DNA of 64,000 bases from Bdellovibrio sp. (GTDB lineage Bacteria; Bdellovibrionota; Bdellovibrionia; Bdellovibrionales; Bdellovibrionaceae), in assembly GCA_036676395.1 (NCBI GenBank), contig JAKFCY010000003.1, positions 64,001 through 128,000 on the forward strand, in the 5' to 3' direction. The translations under genes and the position numbers were made by a program. Below the pieces are notes generated by a model. The model was not told where the DNA came from, ran no database searches, and saw only the letters and a program-made list of their open reading frames with translations. Position 1 is the first letter of the stretch. Every line of letters begins with the position of its first letter. Shown in pieces: positions 18,682 to 27,154 of this stretch.

Positions 18682-20646
18682 ATGGAAACAGTTCCGTCGT
18701 CGTCATCGACACCTTTACAAACTTTTGCTTACTCAAAAGAAGCTTCTTGGAGCCCTGAAAAAAGTGCTGCCCTGTACGGAATCAATAACTGGGGTAACGG
18801 TTATTTTCGCGTAAACAATAACGGTAACGTTGCGGTAACTCCATTTTCTGAAAAAGGCCCATCCGTTGACCTTTACGAATTAACCCAAGAATTACAAGAT
18901 CGCGGTATTCGCGTTCCGATCATGATTCGTTTTCCAGATATCATTAACCAACGCGTGCAATTGATTCACTCTTGCTTTAACAAAGCGATGACTGAATACA
19001 GCTACAAAGGCCAATTTTGCGGCGTGTACCCAATCAAAGTAAATCAACAGCGTCACCTGGTTCAGGAATTAGTGCGCTTTGGTAAAAACTGTAAACTTGG
19101 TTTAGAGTGCGGCTCTAAACCAGAATTACTAGTGGTTCTTTCTTTAATGAATACTCCAGATGCAGTGATCGTATGTAATGGCTTCAAAGATGCTGAATAT
19201 ATCGAAACTGCGTTACTAGCGCAAAAATTAGGTCGTCAGATTATCATCGTTGTCGATCGTAAAGATGAATTAAAACTCATCATGGATGCGGCGAAAAAAT
19301 TATCTATTAAACCAAAAATTGGTTTCCGCGCGAAATTAAACACGCAAGGTGCCGGCAAATGGGTTGATTCAGCAGGCGCTCGTTCTAAGTTCGGTTTAAC
19401 TGCGGCTGAAATCGTTGAAGGTGTAGAAACTCTTCGTAATGCCGGCATGTTAGATTGTTTAGAATTACTTCATTATCATATCGGCTCACAGGTTCCGTCG
19501 ATCCAATCTATTAAATCTTCATTAAAAGAAGCAGCTCGCTTCTATGTGGAATTACACTTTTTAGGTGCAAAACTTAAGTATATCGATGTAGGTGGCGGCC
19601 TTGGCGTTGATTACGATGGTTCAGGTCACTCTGATTCTTCGGTAAATTACTCTGAGCAAGAGTACGCAAATGACGTGGTTTCAACGATTCAAACACTTTG
19701 TGATGAAAAAAATATTCCACATCCAAATATTATCACTGAATCAGGCCGTGCGTTAGTTGCGCATCACTCGATTTTAATTTTCAACGTGATGGGCGTAAAT
19801 AATCTTTACCGTCAACAACCACCAAATCCTGCAACTAAAAAAGATCCATCAATCATGCAGGATCTTCAGTACATCTTTGAAAAGTTAACTCCTGAAAATC
19901 TGAACGAGTGCTTCAATGATACTATGCAGGCAAAAAATGAGATCTTAAATTTATTCACTTACGGTGTATTAAATTTAACTCAACGTGCTTGGTGCGAAAA
20001 CATGCACTTCACAATCGCAACGAAAATGTTAGAACTTGCACGCAGAACGCCTGATTGCGAAGACATCGTTGAACAATTGCGCGAAGAGCTTTGCGATACT
20101 TATTTCTGTAACTTCTCGGTCTTCCAATCAGTTCCAGATTCTTGGGCTGTGGGTCAGTTATTTCCGGTTATGCCGATTCATAATCTTTCGCAAGAACCAC
20201 ACCATGAGGCTACAATTGCCGACTTAACATGTGATTCTGACGGTAAGATCGAAAAATTCATCGACACTGAAACTGGCGAATTCAAAAAAACATTAAGAAT
20301 TCACCCGTTCAAAGAAGGTGATCCTCCATACTTCTTAGGAATATTTTTAACAGGTGCTTACCAAGAGATCTTAGGCGATTTACATAATTTATTCGGTGAC
20401 ACCGATGCGGTTCACATTTCGATCCACGAATCTGGTTACACCGTAGATCACTACGTACCAGGCGACACAGTAACTGAAGTATTAAGTTACGTTCAGTACG
20501 GCCGCGCAGAAATGGTTGATAGCGTTCGCCAATACACTGAAGAATCAATCGCCTCAGGCGGTATTACTAAGTTAGAAGCCAAAGCATTGTTAAAACACTA
20601 CGAAGAAGGTTTATCAGGCTACACTTACTTAGAAGAGATGGAATAG
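18682..20646 (+). CDS. speA: Biosynthetic arginine decarboxylase
   Basis: YPIKVNQ (PLP Lys), GLECGSKPEL, HYHIGSQ, DVGGGLGVDYDG, TCDSDG, GAYQEILGDLHNLFG. Confidence 0.97.
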   Translation: METVPSSSSTPLQTFAYSKEASWSPEKSAALYGINNWGNGYFRVNNNGNVAVTPFSEKGPSVDLYELTQELQDRGIRVPIMIRFPDIINQRVQLIHSCFNKAMTEYSYKGQFCGVYPIKVNQQRHLVQELVRFGKNCKLGLECGSKPELLVVLSLMNTPDAVIVCNGFKDAEYIETALLAQKLGRQIIIVVDRKDELKLIMDAAKKLSIKPKIGFRAKLNTQGAGKWVDSAGARSKFGLTAAEIVEGVETLRNAGMLDCLELLHYHIGSQVPSIQSIKSSLKEAARFYVELHFLGAKLKYIDVGGGLGVDYDGSGHSDSSVNYSEQEYANDVVSTIQTLCDEKNIPHPNIITESGRALVAHHSILIFNVMGVNNLYRQQPPNPATKKDPSIMQDLQYIFEKLTPENLNECFNDTMQAKNEILNLFTYGVLNLTQRAWCENMHFTIATKMLELARRTPDCEDIVEQLREELCDTYFCNFSVFQSVPDSWAVGQLFPVMPIHNLSQEPHHEATIADLTCDSDGKIEKFIDTETGEFKKTLRIHPFKEGDPPYFLGIFLTGAYQEILGDLHNLFGDTDAVHISIHESGYTVDHYVPGDTVTEVLSYVQYGRAEMVDSVRQYTEESIASGGITKLEAKALLKHYEEGLSGYTYLEEME

Positions 20647-20670
20647 GTGCCAGGCCCTATTCCTGGTAAC
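20644..20670 (+). repeat. 27-bp REP-like element, copy 1 (starts at the speA TAG)
   Basis: TAGGTGCCAGGCCCTATTCCTGGTAAC; 25/27 identical to the minus-strand copy at 31478-31504. Confidence 0.75.
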
Positions 20671-20680
20671 GAGGCGTCAA

Positions 20681-21064
20681 ATGAATACAAATAAAAAAGT
20701 TTTCGCAAGTTTAAGTTTATTAATTGCAGCTGTTGTTACAGTTGCGACTTCTAAACAAGAAGAAGAAACTGAATACTCTTATTTTGGCGCTGCTTCAACC
20801 TGCGCTAACGCTACGACGACTAATCAAGCGATCAGCGTTTCATTTGGTTCAATCATAACTCCTGCAGGCATGACGTTTGTAGACTTAGGCATTCCTAAGA
20901 CGACATTAAATGTCGCAACAGATACAACAGTGTCTGGAACCATTGCCGGTGGCTTAGCTCGTGTTTGTACTTATTCATTAAATACAACCAGTGGCACGCT
21001 ACATGTGTATAGTTGTTCAGATAACAGCAATCCCGTTTGCCAAGTTAGTTTTACTCCGCAGTAG
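20681..21064 (+). CDS. Small exported Thr-rich hypothetical protein with 4 Cys
   Basis: N-terminal hydrophobic segment; GAGG upstream. Confidence 0.6.
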   Translation: MNTNKKVFASLSLLIAAVVTVATSKQEEETEYSYFGAASTCANATTTNQAISVSFGSIITPAGMTFVDLGIPKTTLNVATDTTVSGTIAGGLARVCTYSLNTTSGTLHVYSCSDNSNPVCQVSFTPQ

Positions 21065-21485
21065 TTCTATTTTCAAAAAATCTACGGCCAAAAAAATAAC
21101 ACGCAAGACTTGCGCTTACAGCAACTAAGTCTGTGGGATCACTTGTCACCACAATCGCAAACACATGATTTGAAAACCACTGCACAAATAAATCTTTAAT
21201 ATTCGCATTCAATTTCATTATACAAAACACAACGTCAGTAAAAACGATTGCCGCCAGCAACAGTCCTCGATTAAAAACAAAGTCTTTACGAAAAAGTCGC
21301 ACTAGCAACACGACAACAGCACATAGAAATAACGGAAAATAAAATAACCCCGTAAAATCCGATAGTTTACCGGTAATCATTCCCGCAAATTGATATTTTA
21401 AATAATGATCATTCACGCCTGTCAGAACCACAGCTAACAGCGGCAAGGGATGAATAAAAAAATGAATCGGCTTAAATGAATTCAC
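21051..21485 (-). CDS. Hypothetical integral membrane protein
   Basis: Four hydrophobic segments; conserved-looking NDHYLK, TGKLSDFTGL, DPTDL motifs. Confidence 0.75.
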   Translation of the reverse strand: MNSFKPIHFFIHPLPLLAVVLTGVNDHYLKYQFAGMITGKLSDFTGLFYFPLFLCAVVVLLVRLFRKDFVFNRGLLLAAIVFTDVVFCIMKLNANIKDLFVQWFSNHVFAIVVTSDPTDLVAVSASLACYFFGRRFFENRTTAE

Positions 21486-21524
21486 TTATAAAACTATAAC
21501 TGAAAAACCTGGTTCTCAAAATGC

Positions 21525-21559
21525 AAAAAGCGAAATGGACTTAGGCCACTTCGCTTTTT
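21525..21559 (-). terminator. Intrinsic terminator
   Basis: Minus strand AAAAAGCGAAGTGG-cctaagt-CCATTTCGCTTTTT; G-U wobble works only on the minus strand. Confidence 0.75.
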
Positions 21560-21621
21560 ATTGTTTTTCGTCTCCGACCTGACTGGGAAGGAGTCCGAAT
21601 GACGGATTTTACATCTACCTA
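21525..21621 (-). ncRNA. Candidate small regulatory RNA (~95 nt)
   Basis: Upstream sigma28-like promoter; stem-loop with CU-rich loop; own intrinsic terminator; no ORF. Confidence 0.55.
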
Positions 21622-21627
21622 TGTAAA

Positions 21628-21654
21628 GTATCGGAATTTGCGCAAAAATCTTAA
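21628..21654 (-). promoter_or_regulatory. Putative sigma28 promoter of the candidate sRNA
   Basis: TTAAG-N14-TCCGATAC, same geometry as the site at 32037-32063. Confidence 0.6.
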
Positions 21655-21850
21655 GTATTACTTACGGCTAGTTTTAATTCTCTTAGAGATTTTAAGACGC
21701 ATAGTCGATTTGATATCTTAGTTTTTAGCGGGACGCTTTCTTAGCTCACCAATACGTACACTAATTTGGTTAGGATACGAGATGACTGATGATCGATACC
21801 TATGACTGTAGTTATCGAAGTGTCGTGGCTTTAAGTCCACGTTTTAAAAT

Positions 21851-21881
21851 AAAAAAGACCGATCCTAAGATCAGCCTTTTT
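21851..21881 (-). terminator. Intrinsic terminator downstream of the 21910-23286 gene
   Basis: Minus strand AAAAAGGCTGATC-ttag-GATCGGTCTTTTTT. Confidence 0.75.
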
Positions 21882-21909
21882 CAAAGATTTCGAATGTTAA
21901 TTCAAAAAA

Positions 21910-23286
21910 TTACTTTTTATCAAAAAATGTAGCGCGTGTGAATGAAGTCACATCAACGATGCGGCCTAAACCTAAATCTACGCGAATAGAGTTAGCCGAT
22001 AAGTTTAATAATTCGCCGTCATTAGTTAAGCCAACCATAGTGCTAGCCGCTTTATGAACGCGCTTTACGTCTGCATCAACGGCTACGTTGTTAGCAGCAG
22101 TGATTTTACCAGTCGTACCTTCACAAGAGATTTTTACTACACCTTTAGTTGTATTAACATAAGCGTAGTTTTTCTCTGGAGTGTAACCTTCAGTATAAAC
22201 GATTGATAGGGCTTCACCGCCACCAAGCTGAACTTCGTTAGCTTGTGCTGGATTTTGACGTTTATCACAGAAAAATTTAACTTTAGTTTTTTCAACACGA
22301 GCATTCCATGTCCATGCGAAGTAGTAATCAACAACGTTTGCACGAGTCGCTGCATTGTCATTGTATTCGCCAGAAAGTGGAGAAATTTCGCCAGTTTGAA
22401 AAATTCTAGACATAGCTAAGTTTTTGTCTTCGGGAATAAAAACCAAGCCCATTTTGCTTTTTACAAATTGACCGTAGTTTTCAGTTTTACCGATGAGCTT
22501 AGCCGTTTTTAAGTTAGCATCGATGTGAAACATTTCACGATCAGCAGTTAAAGCTAAGAAAGCCTCTTCTTTATTGATAGTTACCGGAGTTTGAAATGCT
22601 TCAGCAGCATAAATCAAAGACGATGCTTGTGCTAAGGCACGGTGTGCAGGGTGAATGTCTTTACCGTAAGCGCCAAGTTGTGCGTAAGTTTCAACTGTTA
22701 CAGCGTATGAACCTGCATCAGAGATTTTTTTATCACAAGCACCGTTAAGACCAGCGCGAGGACCTTGCGAACAAGTTGTGTGTGGGTAACCTTCGATGTG
22801 ACGTGCTTCATGCATAAATACAGAAGCTAAATCAAGCGGAGTAAATGCAGGCGTTAAAGCCATCGGGCAAACGTGCATTGTGTTTTGGTGAAAAAATCCG
22901 TAAACGAAAGCGATCACACCTTGTGGGCATGATTTTTCGATAGCGAAAGTTTTTACTAAGTTAGTTGTGTATTTATACCAATCACCAGCAAAAGTGCCTT
23001 TGAATAAATCATCAGGGCTATTTGTCATAGGCTGAGTGAATTGCACTTTACGGATGTAGTGGATACCCGCAAGTAAGTAAGCTTCTTCTGAACCATCATT
23101 GCAATATTCTTTGCCAGATAGTTTTGCGAATTGTTTAAAGTCTTTCGCGATTTGAGTCATATCTGCTGCAGGAATACAGCTGCCTGCATCTGTGCCTGGA
23201 GTTGGCTCTGTGATTGGGCCGATGCCGATTTGAGCTTGTGCTGATAAAGAAAAACCAAGCACTACTGCTAATAATAATTGTTTCAT
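21910..23286 (-). CDS. Secreted hypothetical protein with HEXXH zinc-metallopeptidase motif
   Basis: Start MKQLLL after SD AAGGGGG; signal peptide (AQA); VFMHEARH; several Cys. Confidence 0.7.
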   Translation of the reverse strand: MKQLLLAVVLGFSLSAQAQIGIGPITEPTPGTDAGSCIPAADMTQIAKDFKQFAKLSGKEYCNDGSEEAYLLAGIHYIRKVQFTQPMTNSPDDLFKGTFAGDWYKYTTNLVKTFAIEKSCPQGVIAFVYGFFHQNTMHVCPMALTPAFTPLDLASVFMHEARHIEGYPHTTCSQGPRAGLNGACDKKISDAGSYAVTVETYAQLGAYGKDIHPAHRALAQASSLIYAAEAFQTPVTINKEEAFLALTADREMFHIDANLKTAKLIGKTENYGQFVKSKMGLVFIPEDKNLAMSRIFQTGEISPLSGEYNDNAATRANVVDYYFAWTWNARVEKTKVKFFCDKRQNPAQANEVQLGGGEALSIVYTEGYTPEKNYAYVNTTKGVVKISCEGTTGKITAANNVAVDADVKRVHKAASTMVGLTNDGELLNLSANSIRVDLGLGRIVDVTSFTRATFFDKK

Positions 23287-23357
23287 GTGACTGCCCCCCT
23301 TGGTGTCGCCAAAGAGTTCACCCCAAAATGGAACCAGTTTCAACAAGATTTCGTCAG

Positions 23358-24098
23358 TTATTTCGAGATTTCTTTGAGTTTATTCTGAGCGTAATTTTTA
23401 ACACCGGGATCTTTTACACTGCGACTTAATTTTGTCAGCTCAGCTAAGGCCTTATTCGCTGCCGCAACATCATCGCCTCGCGCTAAATCTGCAAGTCGAT
23501 TAATTGCTAAAACGCGTAATGCGCGCTCTTGCACTTGCTGCGTCTCAGCCAAACTATGAGCTTCGGGCTTACCATCAAGCTTAATCGGGCTCAGAACTAA
23601 GGCAGAAAGATCGGCCACATTCGCATATCCTGCATAACCTAATAAATAGGCCGCAAGAATTCGATCATTTACATTCGGAGACTTCGCGCGAGCCACCATC
23701 GCTAATTGCTTAAATTGTGCTGGCGTCATCTTGTTTGTTATCTGCAGATAACGTTGCTGCACGACTTCTTCATTTACATTGTACTGATTCATTAATTTTA
23801 CTTCAGCGTCAAACCACTCTTTAAATTGATTTGGCGTTACTTCCGACGGATCAAAAGCAGGCAAAGCTGCCTGAGCCGCTGCTGCTGTAGCTGAAACCGC
23901 GTGAGCTTCAGCAGCTCCTGCAAAACCACCCGCTTGTTTTTTGCCTTTGATTTTTTCACTGACCGCTGCGGTTACAGATTTAATTTCATACAGTGGTGTG
24001 CGGCCAAATAGAATCCAATCAACTAAAGCCAGCAATACAACTAAGATTAAAAAACCAAAGAATAATTTTTTATTAAACCACTCACTGGAAAATTTCAT
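23358..24098 (-). CDS. Membrane-anchored helical (HEAT-like) hypothetical protein
   Basis: N-terminal TM, Ala-rich linker, alpha-helical C-terminus. Confidence 0.65.
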   Translation of the reverse strand: MKFSSEWFNKKLFFGFLILVVLLALVDWILFGRTPLYEIKSVTAAVSEKIKGKKQAGGFAGAAEAHAVSATAAAAQAALPAFDPSEVTPNQFKEWFDAEVKLMNQYNVNEEVVQQRYLQITNKMTPAQFKQLAMVARAKSPNVNDRILAAYLLGYAGYANVADLSALVLSPIKLDGKPEAHSLAETQQVQERALRVLAINRLADLARGDDVAAANKALAELTKLSRSVKDPGVKNYAQNKLKEISK

Positions 24099-24876
24099 AT
24101 TTTACCTCGGCCCAATATTCAAAGGCCTTTAAATCTTCGGGAGTTCCCCATTGAAAGAATTTATTAATTTCATAAGCGTGAACTTTTAAATCCCCGCGCA
24201 CATTCATTAAAGCTTTAGCCGCCAACGAAGTAAAAAATTCGCCGTGCCAGCTTAACTTTTGTTTTTGCTGTTCGATCAGCGCTTCTTTTAAAAGTTTTGC
24301 GCTTTTAAAATAATAACCACCTGTTGAAGCAAAATCATCTTCACGGTTTTTCGAAAACGATTCTTTTTCTTTAATATCTATAATTTGGTGTCCTTCGGTT
24401 TTAGCGTAACAATACATATTGCTTGTTAAGTAATGCGCGTGAAATCCACGGTAACCGACAAAACAAATATCTGAATCATTCGTATTTACAAAATTTAAAA
24501 AGTGTTCTGGATTCCAAACTTGACCGTAATCACAGTAAGTCACAAATACCGGCTGATCAGCGTGGATTAATTCTAAGCCCGCAATCACCGTTTGCATTGG
24601 TCCGCCAGTATTCGGCGCAATTTCTGCAAAACGAACATCATTGCGTTCGCCTTCGATAAATTGAATATGATTTTTTGTAAAATCTTGGTCGTTGATTACA
24701 CAAACCGTTGGCCAAGATTGTGGAAACAGATCAAGCACGCGCTTGACCATTGGTTTTCCTAAGACATTGACGAAGGGTTTTGGTTCGGTGTAGCCCGCTT
24801 GGCGAAAGCGAAGCCCTCTTCCGCCCATGGTCACTAATACTACAGGTCTACTATCGCCTTCCAAAAGATTAACCAA
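24082..24876 (-). CDS. Nucleotidyltransferase / GT-A fold protein (NTP_transferase-like)
   Basis: MGGRGLRF..GYTEPKPF, YCD, GGYYFK, WGTPEDL. Confidence 0.8.
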   Translation of the reverse strand: MVNLLEGDSRPVVLVTMGGRGLRFRQAGYTEPKPFVNVLGKPMVKRVLDLFPQSWPTVCVINDQDFTKNHIQFIEGERNDVRFAEIAPNTGGPMQTVIAGLELIHADQPVFVTYCDYGQVWNPEHFLNFVNTNDSDICFVGYRGFHAHYLTSNMYCYAKTEGHQIIDIKEKESFSKNREDDFASTGGYYFKSAKLLKEALIEQQKQKLSWHGEFFTSLAAKALMNVRGDLKVHAYEINKFFQWGTPEDLKAFEYWAEVKYEIFQ

Positions 24877-25903
24877 CCGACGATTTCGAATCGAATGCGT
24901 CGCGTACCGCTAAGCCGATATTAATTAATAACGTTAACGTTATAATTAAAGCGGCAGCTGGGTACCAGACTAACCACTCTGCCGTGGTAAAGTATTTTTG
25001 TGCCTGTTGCAGTAATTCACCCCAACTTGGAGTGGGTGCACGCAAACCTAAACCTAAATAATCTAAGAAAGATAAAACCGAAATATTTGCAGCAATATCA
25101 AACGGAGAAAACGTCACAACCGGCGTAATCGCATTCGGTAAGATATGTTTAAAAATCACGCGCTTGTCAGATGAACCTAAAGCCTTGGCTGCTTCAACGT
25201 ATTCACGTTTACGTAATTGTAAAAACTGCGCGCGCATATAAAGCGCCATCTTCGTCCAATCAAATAGTGCTAAGAATAAAACCAGCACTAATAAATTTGG
25301 CGTAAAAATAGAAATGATCGTGATCAAAATTAACGTTGTCGGCATTGTTTGAATAATTTCAACTGAACGCATACCAATTAAATCGATCTTACCACCGTAA
25401 TAACCGGCAATAGAACCAATCGTAATACCGACAAGGTACGAACAAATCCATGCCCCTAAGGCAAAGATAAATGAATAACGTAATCCGTAAAGTAGACGGG
25501 TTAGAACATCACGACCACGATCGTCTGTTCCCATCGGATTAAATTTAGTCGGAGCCGCCGGGTAACTTTCAACTGTCGTATTACTTTCAAACGGATCCCA
25601 TTGAACCACTGGCCATACAGCCCAGTCGCCTTCTTTAAAATCTAAAGAGCGGTAATCCATCACATAAATATCTTCGCGGCCAAATACGGTTGGGTGATAT
25701 TCTTTAACTAATGGAAAATAAATTTCACCCTGATATTTCATAACATGGGGTTTACTGTTCGCCCAGAATTCAGCCGTGAACGAAAAAAACAATAATGCCA
25801 AAATCATCCACGAAGAAAAAACGGCTAATTTATTTCTTTTAAAACGGCGGTAGCGTTTTAAAGTTAGTTCATTTGTAATAAATCTGTTTTCAATGATGTT
25901 CAT
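24869..25903 (-). CDS. Peptide ABC transporter permease (YejE/OppC-like)
   Basis: GTDDRGRDVLTRL, EYVEAAKALG, KHILPN, PTPSWG. Confidence 0.93.
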   Translation of the reverse strand: MNIIENRFITNELTLKRYRRFKRNKLAVFSSWMILALLFFSFTAEFWANSKPHVMKYQGEIYFPLVKEYHPTVFGREDIYVMDYRSLDFKEGDWAVWPVVQWDPFESNTTVESYPAAPTKFNPMGTDDRGRDVLTRLLYGLRYSFIFALGAWICSYLVGITIGSIAGYYGGKIDLIGMRSVEIIQTMPTTLILITIISIFTPNLLVLVLFLALFDWTKMALYMRAQFLQLRKREYVEAAKALGSSDKRVIFKHILPNAITPVVTFSPFDIAANISVLSFLDYLGLGLRAPTPSWGELLQQAQKYFTTAEWLVWYPAAALIITLTLLINIGLAVRDAFDSKSSVG

Positions 25904-25915
25904 CTATATTTACCG

Positions 25916-26926
25916 TTATTTAAAATCAATACGAGGATCAACCAGTACATAGATAATATCGCTTAAGATATTTCCTATTAATAATAATAAGGCTGAAATG
26001 AATGTTAATCCCATGATCACGTTGTAATCGCGGGCAAGAATAGAACTGTAACCTAATAACCCGATACCATCTAAGTTGAAAACCGTTTCAACAATTAATG
26101 AACCTGCTAAGAACACACGTAAAAATCCGCCTAAACCAGTCGCTACCGGAATAAGGGCATTACGCAAAGCATGTTTGTAATAAACCATGCGGTCAGAAAG
26201 ACCTTTGGCGCGAGCGGTACGGATGTAATCAGATTTAATAATATCTAACATCGAGTTACGCACTAACATTGATAACTCAGTAAAGTTTCCGATCATGTAA
26301 CATGTGAGTGGTAAAACAAAGTGATACGCGCGATCGCCGATTTTACCCAGCGTTGTAAGATTGTCGTATTCATCAGATTTGATTCCACCAATCGGAAACC
26401 AATCAAAGTACGAACCACCAGCAAACCAAACAATTAAGAAAATCCCCAACACCAGCGGAGGAATCGAATAAGTGATGTAAAGTAAAAACCCTGAAATCTG
26501 GTCAAACGCACTTCCGGCTTTAATAGCTTTTTTTACGCCGAGCGGAATACAAACCAGATAAGTTAAGAACAACGAAGCCAAACCAAAAGATAATGAAACT
26601 GGAAATTTAGAAGAAATAACGTCAATCACCGGCTCTTGGTATGAGAAGCTATCGCCGAAATCCATTTTGGTAATATTTTTAAGCCAGATTAGGTAACGTT
26701 CATGGATAGGCTTATCAAAACCGTACTGTTTTGCTAAATTATCAAGCATTTCTTGTGATACACCCGTTGACCGACCGCCATCGCCGCCGCCGCCCATACG
26801 AATTTTTTGCATCTTTTGCTCAATTGGGCCGCCAGGGGCCGCATTGATGATCAAGAATGTAATTAAAGTAATACCGATGAAGGTAGGAATCGCTAATAGA
26901 ATACGTCTCAGGATGTAAACGAACAT
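25916..26926 (-). CDS. Peptide ABC transporter permease (YejB/OppB-like)
   Basis: Start MFVYILRR; APGGP, YGFDKP, DYIRTARAKGL, KHALRNA, VDPRIDF. Confidence 0.93.
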   Translation of the reverse strand: MFVYILRRILLAIPTFIGITLITFLIINAAPGGPIEQKMQKIRMGGGGDGGRSTGVSQEMLDNLAKQYGFDKPIHERYLIWLKNITKMDFGDSFSYQEPVIDVISSKFPVSLSFGLASLFLTYLVCIPLGVKKAIKAGSAFDQISGFLLYITYSIPPLVLGIFLIVWFAGGSYFDWFPIGGIKSDEYDNLTTLGKIGDRAYHFVLPLTCYMIGNFTELSMLVRNSMLDIIKSDYIRTARAKGLSDRMVYYKHALRNALIPVATGLGGFLRVFLAGSLIVETVFNLDGIGLLGYSSILARDYNVIMGLTFISALLLLIGNILSDIIYVLVDPRIDFK

Positions 26927-27062
26927 ACGAAGCTTATACTGATCATGAACTGAGAGGGCAAACGATTTTACAAAAACTGTGACAAATTTAGGGCATAAAA
27001 AAATGCCAGGAAGGCTTTTTTTCGCGCAAGCCCCGTAGGGGTTTCGGGCAGGAGCCCAAAAC

Positions 27063-27094
27063 AAAAAACCCAAGGATTTGAAGCCTTGGGTTTT
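27063..27094 (-). terminator. Intrinsic terminator after the substrate-binding protein gene
   Basis: Minus strand AAAACCCAAGG-cttcaaat-CCTTGGGTTTTTT. Confidence 0.8.
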
Positions 27095-27154
27095 GTAGTT
27101 TCTACTCTGTTTAGAATTTAAACTCGAGTGATTACTTCGTAGCTAAACAAGGTG

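Noticed and set aside
21486..21909. c-di-GMP/cGAMP (GEMM-I) riboswitch in the large intergenic gap
   Set aside because: I could not find the GEMM-I two-stem core with its GNRA tetraloop and receptor on either strand; an Infernal search would be decisive.
27001..27060. GC-rich mini-hairpins and a TGCCAGG motif resembling the stop-codon repeat
   Set aside because: Match to the 27-bp element is limited to about 7 nt, too little to call a copy.
26927..27073. N-terminal extensions in the ORF track (also 16212, 23346, 28911, 30799, 43347, 53354, 54901)
   Set aside because: Family-typical N-termini, SD sites or -10 boxes point to downstream start codons; the extensions cross terminators, repeats or other genes.
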